53,794 bases of DNA from a virus (taxonomy: Duplodnaviria; Caudoviricetes), in IMG/VR virus record IMGVR_UViG_3300025141_009405, positions 1 to 53,794 of that record. One strand, written 5' to 3'. This document shows, in pieces, positions 29,281 to 36,462 of the stretch. The notes below the pieces were generated by a model. That model saw nothing but the letters and a program-made list of their open reading frames with translations. It was not told the DNA's origin and did not search any database. Both the position numbers and the translations under genes were made by a program. Each line of letters starts with the position of its first letter. Position 1 is the first letter of the stretch.

Positions 29281-30519
29281 TTAACTTTTTCTTATTAATT
29301 CCCGATACCAATGAGCTCTTTGTTCAGTCACTGTTTTGAGGGTATATCTTGGATATACAGTCTCATAAAGTCTCTCACCCAAATCCTCAACTAATGAAGG
29401 GTTGTCTATTAATTTTTTAATGTATTGGTACCATAGTTTATGGTTTTTACTTTTTGGTACCATTAGAGCATTACCATTATCATTAAACCCACCTCCATAC
29501 TTAATCGCGTTCACACAATCTATAGTATATGGTCCATAATCTTGTAAAACTAAAGCTTTTTTATGGAATCCAGCTTCTATAACTTTAAGTTGTGATTTAA
29601 CCCTATTAAAAATATGTTCTTTAATCGGAGCCAAACTAACATCAAAATTATTATAGTTGGAAGCGTACGTAGTGATTGGTTTTGTCCACACTCTCCTATA
29701 ATTAGAATCTAGGTCACCAGTAATTTGTTTTTTCTTAAAAGATAAAAGTTCCTCCTTATAAGATTCATCACCGATAATTCGATAATTATCAGTCATTATC
29801 TGCTCATACTTATACCAAACCGATTCCATAGGTTGAATAGGTCTTTGTGTTTGTTTACCAGTCTTCTCGTCAAAAACAGTCATAGTACCTCTTAAATCGT
29901 ACCCACATAATACAACTTGAAATTGGTCTTTTCTATCAGTATACAATCTCCCAGCTACACCACTTAAAATTTCTAAATCTTTTATATGGGAAGAACCGCC
30001 CAACCAACCTACTCTAACCTTATTACTTTTTGTTGGTTTTGGTACGTATTGTTTTTCTTCGTGGTCTATCGCGTTAGGGTAGATGAAAACATTGTTATTT
30101 AATTTAGAAATTTCCTCCGCAAATACAGTAGTTGTAGTTGTTACATATCTTGCTAATCGGAGATTAGTCATTATCTTCTCATCAATCTTATTCTTCTTTA
30201 CAATCATATGAGCCGGATGGTCAACAGTAGGTAACCAATAATCGTCAATATCACATATATGTGGTATCCCCCATTCTGTTAGTCTTTTAGCTAATGCAGC
30301 AGAAGCCTCGTAATCTGGACCAATACTTCTATGGTAATGAATTAAATCATAACCTTTCCAGAAGTCATCATTATAATAAGGTGGGTCATAAACTATATCC
30401 ACCCAAAATTCATCTGGATACATATCTTGTAAGTAAGTGTGTGGGTCAACAGACCTAAACTTTGAAACCCCTGTTCTGTCAGAGGGTAGTACGCAAATTT
30501 TATATTTCTTTTTTTCCAT
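29281..30519 (-). CDS. GT-B glycosyltransferase (GT4-like)
   Basis: DIDDYW, PNAID, VGWLGGSSHIKDL, DVSLAPI...FNRVKSQLKVIEAG. Confidence 0.82.
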   Translation of the reverse strand: MEKKKYKICVLPSDRTGVSKFRSVDPHTYLQDMYPDEFWVDIVYDPPYYNDDFWKGYDLIHYHRSIGPDYEASAALAKRLTEWGIPHICDIDDYWLPTVDHPAHMIVKKNKIDEKIMTNLRLARYVTTTTTVFAEEISKLNNNVFIYPNAIDHEEKQYVPKPTKSNKVRVGWLGGSSHIKDLEILSGVAGRLYTDRKDQFQVVLCGYDLRGTMTVFDEKTGKQTQRPIQPMESVWYKYEQIMTDNYRIIGDESYKEELLSFKKKQITGDLDSNYRRVWTKPITTYASNYNNFDVSLAPIKEHIFNRVKSQLKVIEAGFHKKALVLQDYGPYTIDCVNAIKYGGGFNDNGNALMVPKSKNHKLWYQYIKKLIDNPSLVEDLGERLYETVYPRYTLKTVTEQRAHWYRELIRKS

Positions 30520-30525
30520 GTTTTA

Positions 30526-30555
30526 ATTATAACAGGAAAAATTGAATTTGTCAAA
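30526..30555 (-). promoter_or_regulatory. Host-type (early/middle) promoter of the glycan operon
   Basis: Exact TTGACA-N17-TATAAT on the minus strand, also TTTG-N20-TA; ends 6 nt before ATG 30519. Confidence 0.75.
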
Positions 30556-30568
30556 GGGGTTTGGGGGC

Positions 30569-31213
30569 TTATTTTACAGTTTTGGTGGAAGTTATTTTAC
30601 CATAGAAAACCTTATCTCCAACACGAAACTGGAAATTTTCATTCATATCAGTTCTTAAACCAATACTTTCATTAATTTTAGTATTGACCACTTCATCTAA
30701 TATTTCTTTTACCGATTCTTTTATAATACTTTTTAGGTTTTTAGAAGATAATTTTTTTGTGGTCGGAGATGACTGATGTAATTGTGATTGTTTTTGTGGT
30801 TGTGGTGCAGAAGTAGACATACCTTGTTTACTCATCTCATTTTTAACACCACTTAAAAATTCCTCACTCAAACCAACACCACCACCATTCCAAGGGACAT
30901 CAGGGATTGGGTTGTCTATCATTGCTTTTTTAATAGCTTCTGGTAGTTTAGAATTTTTTATTTGACTTTCAGTCATCCTTGCCTTCGGTGTTAAGTCTTT
31001 TTTAGCACTATTAATATCTACTGTGGGTAAATTAGGTATGCTAGGAGTACTCATCGATGGAGGTTCACTTAATAAACCACTAGAGTCTGTTACATTACCC
31101 ATAGGCGGCATAGATTGGTTTATATTTCCTTTTGAGAAATTCCCACCATCTACTTTATTCATCACTTTTTTAGCGTTTATTAAAGACTGTTGTAAAGTTG
31201 TCATGTCTGGCAT
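30569..31213 (-). CDS. Hypothetical late protein with tag-like helix
   Basis: 214 aa, P/S/Q-rich, containing KKLSSKNLKSIIKESVKEILDE. Confidence 0.55.
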   Translation of the reverse strand: MPDMTTLQQSLINAKKVMNKVDGGNFSKGNINQSMPPMGNVTDSSGLLSEPPSMSTPSIPNLPTVDINSAKKDLTPKARMTESQIKNSKLPEAIKKAMIDNPIPDVPWNGGGVGLSEEFLSGVKNEMSKQGMSTSAPQPQKQSQLHQSSPTTKKLSSKNLKSIIKESVKEILDEVVNTKINESIGLRTDMNENFQFRVGDKVFYGKITSTKTVK

Positions 31214-31216
31214 AAT

Positions 31217-31618
31217 TTAAAATTTTGAGTTGTACATCATTCTATCCATAGAGTTGTCCCCTACAGGATTATATAGTGGAGGTTCACCAAAAGTCAAGAA
31301 TAAACTGTCATCACCTTTCTTAGGTTTCATACTTTTCACCCTATCAACCCTAAATAACCTCCAATCAGGTAAAGGTATACCTTTTTCATTAACTTTTAAA
31401 GAGGGTCCAGATGTTTGATAGGCTCTAATCACTGGATTACCTCTTTTAGAGTATCCGTAAGCTACGGGTTGGATGTCTCGCACGTTACCACCACCAGGTA
31501 ATTTTTCATCATCTAAATACCTTAGTTCACAAGTATGTTTATTGGTAATAGCGTCTTTTATAACACTATTAGAAACATTCTCTGTTAATAATTCTATTAA
31601 AGAGCCTATTAATTTCAT
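31217..31618 (-). CDS. Standalone WYL-domain protein
   Basis: IKDAITNKHTCELRY...RDIQPVAYG...IRAYQ...WRLFRVDRVKSM matches the WYL pattern (AI...Y, R-x-I-x-P, R-x-FRLDRI). Confidence 0.7.
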   Translation of the reverse strand: MKLIGSLIELLTENVSNSVIKDAITNKHTCELRYLDDEKLPGGGNVRDIQPVAYGYSKRGNPVIRAYQTSGPSLKVNEKGIPLPDWRLFRVDRVKSMKPKKGDDSLFLTFGEPPLYNPVGDNSMDRMMYNSKF

Positions 31619-31622
31619 CTAT

Positions 31623-31964
31623 CTACTGTTGTGGTGCGTAACCATCACCCGAATCTATATTCCCAGCACTATATTCGTTATTTCTACTATATAGATTAGT
31701 TTTGAGATTATTGATTCTACCAGTATTTGCCTCACCATTACCCATAATATCAGTACGAGTACCTATATCTTCACCATATACACCTAAGTATATAGCGTTA
31801 CCTTTACCTTTATCATCACCATCAGATAATGCATTAGGGTGGTTAGGACTATAACCAGTTTCATCACCTACTTGGTAGGTATTTTTTACAATCATTTGTT
31901 CTCTAAACTTTGCTGATTGGTTGGTTAATGCTTCACCAGGTTGTTTTTGATTAAAATCTGCCAT
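31623..31964 (-). CDS. Hypothetical protein
   Basis: 113 aa, containing YSPNHPNALSDGDDKGKG. Confidence 0.55.
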   Translation of the reverse strand: MADFNQKQPGEALTNQSAKFREQMIVKNTYQVGDETGYSPNHPNALSDGDDKGKGNAIYLGVYGEDIGTRTDIMGNGEANTGRINNLKTNLYSRNNEYSAGNIDSGDGYAPQQ

Positions 31965-31970
31965 AATTAT

Positions 31971-32426
31971 TTATTTTATTAATTGTTTTATTCTGTCTAT
32001 TTCTTCATAAACAGCTCTATTATTAAGTATATCGTCACTATTTTTTGCTACTTTAATTTGTCTTACTTTTGTTGGGTTTTTAGACTTATCTTTCGTGTGA
32101 GTTTTCTTAAATACATTTTCTTCACCAGCATTCTGTCTAATTTTTTTAGAACTATGTACACTATCACGTCTCCCACCCAAAGAAGTATTTATAAAATCTA
32201 ACATATCATCACCCCCAACCACATCATAATCAGTATCTTCTAAATCATTTTCTAGTTCATGCTTAAATTTTTTAGCTTGTGGATAAGTTAGTTTTCCATC
32301 ATTCACCATATTATTACACCGAGTATAACCTTTATCACTAGAACTTAAACCACCAAGGTTCTTTTTTAAGATATCCATCAAAGAATCTGGTATGACATAA
32401 ATATCATTTTTTAAATCACTATTCAT
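31971..32426 (-). CDS. Hypothetical protein
   Basis: 151 aa, ends VYEEIDRIKQLIK. Confidence 0.55.
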   Translation of the reverse strand: MNSDLKNDIYVIPDSLMDILKKNLGGLSSSDKGYTRCNNMVNDGKLTYPQAKKFKHELENDLEDTDYDVVGGDDMLDFINTSLGGRRDSVHSSKKIRQNAGEENVFKKTHTKDKSKNPTKVRQIKVAKNSDDILNNRAVYEEIDRIKQLIK

Positions 32427-33252
32427 TATTACCTATTTTCTTTAATAATTCATCAACAGAAACTCCCTCCGCAGAGGCAAGTCTAACTAATTGTTTTATC
32501 TTAATATCTAACAAAGAATTCTTACCATCCGAAATCTCACCACCTGAGTCCTTTTTAGACAACAGAACCTCAATCATTTTTCTAGCTTTATCTTCAGATA
32601 ATTTTTTTAATCGTTCTTTTTCAGTTAAACGTTGTTGACCTCTTTCATCTAAATTTTTAGTCTTACCCATAGATTCCGCTCTTTCCGTTGCTTCCACCTC
32701 ATCCATATCATGCTCCTTTTCAAAATACTCTATAGTCTCCTCCGCATTTTTAAATTCAGTATCCTCAAACCCAAGAACTTCACTCATATCATGTTCTCCA
32801 ATTTCCTCTACCGACTCACCATAATATCTTTTAAAGTAATGACCACCACCAGTCCATACTCCTGCTTGACTAGTACCTTTTACCGCGTCATCAGTAGTTT
32901 TAGAGGCACCAATAGTTTTATTAGTGTCTGTACCCGGAGGTATCTTACTACTAACCATAGAACCATCGAAATCCACTAATTCAGTTACTTCTTCTTCTGA
33001 TGTATCTTCATTATCTAATTCATCATCTAAAATATCCTGTATCAACTTTAGATGTTCTTCATCATTATTGGTTTTAGCTGCTTCATCTAAACAAGTAGCG
33101 GTAAACCTATGAGATTTAGGTTCTATATTAAACTTAAATACCTCAGATAAAGTTAAAAATTTTAAGGACGAGACACTTTTTCCTTTAGATAAGGACTCCC
33201 CTAAGACCTTTAATTCTTCGATAACATGACTAATTGCTTCAGTTCTTTTCAT
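32419..33252 (-). CDS. Acidic hypothetical late protein (scaffold/internal-protein-like)
   Basis: 277 aa, E/D-rich, preceded by the late motif. Confidence 0.5.
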   Translation of the reverse strand: MKRTEAISHVIEELKVLGESLSKGKSVSSLKFLTLSEVFKFNIEPKSHRFTATCLDEAAKTNNDEEHLKLIQDILDDELDNEDTSEEEVTELVDFDGSMVSSKIPPGTDTNKTIGASKTTDDAVKGTSQAGVWTGGGHYFKRYYGESVEEIGEHDMSEVLGFEDTEFKNAEETIEYFEKEHDMDEVEATERAESMGKTKNLDERGQQRLTEKERLKKLSEDKARKMIEVLLSKKDSGGEISDGKNSLLDIKIKQLVRLASAEGVSVDELLKKIGNNE

Positions 33253-33264
33253 TTTACTTTTATA

Positions 33265-33298
33265 TATAAATATCTAAACCAATCAAATAGTATTTATT
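33265..33298. promoter_or_regulatory. Back-to-back late motifs (TATTTATA on - at 33265-33272; TATTTATT on + at 33291-33298)
   Basis: Both motifs lie in a 51-nt divergent intergenic gap, each pointing at its gene. Confidence 0.6.
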
Positions 33299-33303
33299 AA
33301 TAC

Positions 33304-35982
33304 ATGGGAACACAGAATTTAAATAACTTTTACTTCAATAAATTAGATAGTAAACTTAATTATAGTGAGTACTATGATTTATTTTTAGCGTCTGATGAGA
33401 AAGATTTTAATACACACGTAGTGTGGTCTAATGATATTGCGGGATATAATGACGGTGACATACTTCCAGTATGGATTGACCTCAATGACACTAATTGTAG
33501 TACACAACCAAGTACAACATGTATGTACCAATACCCAATAGGGTCCGTATCAACGTATTATACTGACACAAATTATAGACCTTTTAGTATTCTAAGTAAA
33601 AATCACTGGTCTAAAGCAAAATCTTGTTGTGATTGTCCTTATAGTGGTGCTCAAGGAACCAATGACTACTATCAAATCTATGATATTATATGGACGGGGT
33701 TAGATAACGGTTTAATTAATTTGTCACAGATAGATGATGGAAGTAGTACGAACTTAACTACGTACTGTGACAATCTACCCTTGAGTGTGGCACTAGGAAA
33801 TCCTTGGCAATTTGATAAGAGGTTTAAAATGAACCAAGTGAAAGCTTTCGGTACCCAAATGAACCTAACTCAATGGTACACAGACACCTCAATACTGAAC
33901 GCGTCAGATTCATCAGGGTATTACCAAGAACTTAGAGGTGGATTTTACCAAGGATTTTATAAATTATATGGTTACCCATATGAAGTACTTCCAACAAGAC
34001 CAAATAAAGGGTGGTCTTTTGAAACTTATTTAAAATTAACAACAATTACTGATAGTGTGTGTACTGGTTTTCTTTCTCCTTGTTGTGGCACCCCTGTGGG
34101 GGACCAAGAAATTATATGTGGAAGTGATGGTAATTGTTATAATGCAAGTGGTTGGAATTTATACCAGTTTAAGAGTACCGCCACTACTTACAATTTTGGT
34201 AGTGCAACTACGGTGTGTAGTCCACTAGCTGGTAACAAGATGCCAATGTACTTATTAAATTATAGTTTAGCTGGACAATTTGGTATGTCTGTGATGGATA
34301 CAAATAATGGTGGGTTCTTTTTCTATAAAGGAATAAGAGCGGAGGACAAATACCAAAACAGAAACGGTTTATCTGCGGACACACAACTGGACTACTTATC
34401 CGCATGTACCACCCTCACCGGAATTACAGGCTGTTGTAATACCGAAGAAAAAGAGGTAAAACTAACCAACCAAAATAAGTCACCAAACCCTAAATATGAT
34501 GTCTATAGTAACGCCTTTGGTGTTAGACTAACTGACGACATGAGGTTAGGGTATCGAACAATTAGATATACGGGAGAGTGTGTAACCACAGGTGAAACTT
34601 GTAATACTGGTAGTACTTTTAATTGTGATTATGTGATAGAAGAAAGTTATTCAGAACCAATATGTAATTTTATAATTGCAAGTGGTAATTGTAAGGATAC
34701 GTGGATACAAGTAGACGTTGTTTTTGAAAGAAATCTATATCTGGAAGATTGTGAAATATTTAATAATGGAGGAATTAATGACCTAGTTAAAGTTAGAACT
34801 GATAAATTCCAAAGGTACGGAACACACAAAGGTAGTTCTAGTCCTTACGGTTGTCACCCAACACCACCAATACCAGAAGATAACCCATGTAAAGACCAAT
34901 ACCCAAGATTTATTGAAGACGCTTATTTTAATTTTGATTGTCATGGTGCACAAGTACAAACTTGGTTTGGTGAAAGGGAATATAGATTGGGTACATTAAC
35001 TTTTTATGTTAATGGAAGAAGAGTTCATAAAGTTGAAAATTACGAAGAAATAATACCGAGACAATTAAATACCAATAGACAAACCCAGGTTGGTGTTGCT
35101 TATAATATGTCTTGGGGTGGTGGAACTTTTGGACTTAGAGAAAGTCTAATACAACGAAATACACCATTAACTGGTGACCAATGTACCATAGGTAGTAGTA
35201 CTACTTTTATAGATTTAGATTTAACACCAGATAGACAATTATTAAGTGATAATTTTGCTGGTTCATTTGTTGGTGGTGTATCACAGATGATGTACTATAT
35301 TAAACCACTAACACCTGATGAGATATACCATAATTTTACAATTAATAAAGACCGATACAGCCTTATAGATTGTGAAGAATGTGAACATTGTAATAACGGA
35401 TGTGTGGATTGTAACCTACCATACTCAGATAGTAATGTTACTGTAGACCCATCAACTGAAGACCCCTCAAACGAAGGTTGTATAATAACTAACAACACAC
35501 CAGGTACATGTTCTGGTCTTACTTTTGCGGGTACGTATGATTTAGACCTAACTACTTATGATTACGATAGTGTACTAACTTATTTTTCGGATGACTCAGC
35601 AAATCAAAATTTACCTGTAGGTGATTATTATTTTGAAACTATTAATGAAGACCTTTACGATGGAACAGTTTTATCATCTGCCTGTTACACACATGGATAT
35701 GGATGGTGGGGAGGTACTGTCGCTGGACTACCTTATTGTACTGGTATAGTTAGTGGTGGAACTTCCTGGATGTGGTACGTAGAAAGTGTGTATATAGATT
35801 ACGACACGGGTCCTGGGGCAACTTGGGAACTTCTTCCAGCAACAACTACATGGTTAGATATTATAGGTTGGTTAGTACTTAGAGGCGCACCAGTAAACGT
35901 TACTATGACTTTTGACCAAGTTAGAGCAGTTCCTGACGTGGAGATTTATGTGGGAGAGTTAGACGTATGTGTTTGTCAGTAA
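33304..35982 (+). CDS. Large Cys-rich virion protein with LamG/ConA-like elements
   Basis: GWSFETYL, WIQVDVVF, LTFYVNG and FVGGVSQMMYYIKPLTPDEIYHNF are LamG-like. About 35 Cys. Confidence 0.6.
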   Translation: MGTQNLNNFYFNKLDSKLNYSEYYDLFLASDEKDFNTHVVWSNDIAGYNDGDILPVWIDLNDTNCSTQPSTTCMYQYPIGSVSTYYTDTNYRPFSILSKNHWSKAKSCCDCPYSGAQGTNDYYQIYDIIWTGLDNGLINLSQIDDGSSTNLTTYCDNLPLSVALGNPWQFDKRFKMNQVKAFGTQMNLTQWYTDTSILNASDSSGYYQELRGGFYQGFYKLYGYPYEVLPTRPNKGWSFETYLKLTTITDSVCTGFLSPCCGTPVGDQEIICGSDGNCYNASGWNLYQFKSTATTYNFGSATTVCSPLAGNKMPMYLLNYSLAGQFGMSVMDTNNGGFFFYKGIRAEDKYQNRNGLSADTQLDYLSACTTLTGITGCCNTEEKEVKLTNQNKSPNPKYDVYSNAFGVRLTDDMRLGYRTIRYTGECVTTGETCNTGSTFNCDYVIEESYSEPICNFIIASGNCKDTWIQVDVVFERNLYLEDCEIFNNGGINDLVKVRTDKFQRYGTHKGSSSPYGCHPTPPIPEDNPCKDQYPRFIEDAYFNFDCHGAQVQTWFGEREYRLGTLTFYVNGRRVHKVENYEEIIPRQLNTNRQTQVGVAYNMSWGGGTFGLRESLIQRNTPLTGDQCTIGSSTTFIDLDLTPDRQLLSDNFAGSFVGGVSQMMYYIKPLTPDEIYHNFTINKDRYSLIDCEECEHCNNGCVDCNLPYSDSNVTVDPSTEDPSNEGCIITNNTPGTCSGLTFAGTYDLDLTTYDYDSVLTYFSDDSANQNLPVGDYYFETINEDLYDGTVLSSACYTHGYGWWGGTVAGLPYCTGIVSGGTSWMWYVESVYIDYDTGPGATWELLPATTTWLDIIGWLVLRGAPVNVTMTFDQVRAVPDVEIYVGELDVCVCQ

Positions 35983-35998
35983 TAAGTCATTTGTATGA

Positions 35999-36006
35999 TA
36001 TTTATA
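35999..36006 (+). promoter_or_regulatory. Putative late promoter motif TATTTATA
   Basis: 14 nt before ATG 36021. Confidence 0.6.
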
Positions 36007-36020
36007 ATAAAATAAGATAA

Positions 36021-36416
36021 ATGGAATTTTTTATTAGAAAAAACTCACTAGAACCAATATTAAAAATGCAAGTCGTACAAGATGGTAGAAACGACTTTAA
36101 TAGTTTTCACGATAAACTAGCTAATTCTAGTATATATTTTTCTATGAAAGATGTTAAGACTGGAATCCCTAAAATATTAAATGCTGCGGCAAATATTGTA
36201 GCAAAAACACCCACATCTGTTAATGCACCTACCGAATATTACATTTATTATAAATGGAAATCTAGAGATGTTAATAAAGTAGGTAGATTTGAAGGCCAAT
36301 TTATCATATATTTTCATGAACAGAATTGTTCAGAATTAATTGTTCCTATCCGTGAAGATTTATTTATTAACATAACGGATTCTTTTGTTGGGGAACCTTG
36401 TACACCACCTTGTTAA
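36021..36416 (+). CDS. BppU-like baseplate/fibre adaptor domain protein
   Basis: FFIRKNSLEP...IYYKW-x-x-x-D-x-x-x-x-GRFEGQFII...IVP pattern. Confidence 0.55.
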   Translation: MEFFIRKNSLEPILKMQVVQDGRNDFNSFHDKLANSSIYFSMKDVKTGIPKILNAAANIVAKTPTSVNAPTEYYIYYKWKSRDVNKVGRFEGQFIIYFHEQNCSELIVPIREDLFINITDSFVGEPCTPPC

Positions 36417-36420
36417 TTTA

Positions 36421-36451
36421 TTGATTACTTAAATTTCTTTACCTATCTTTG
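36421..36451 (+). promoter_or_regulatory. Bacteroidota-type -33/-7 promoter of DNA polymerase
   Basis: TTG-N20-TATCTTTG (TAnnTTTG consensus). Confidence 0.65.
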
Positions 36452-36462
36452 TATGTAATCAC

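Noticed and set aside
8506-30519. Bacterial O-antigen/capsule locus (host contamination or prophage flank)
   Set aside because: Seamlessly coupled to phage sigma, PhoH and dUTPase, flanked on both sides by virion genes, and lacking wzx/wzy/wzz or an initiating transferase.
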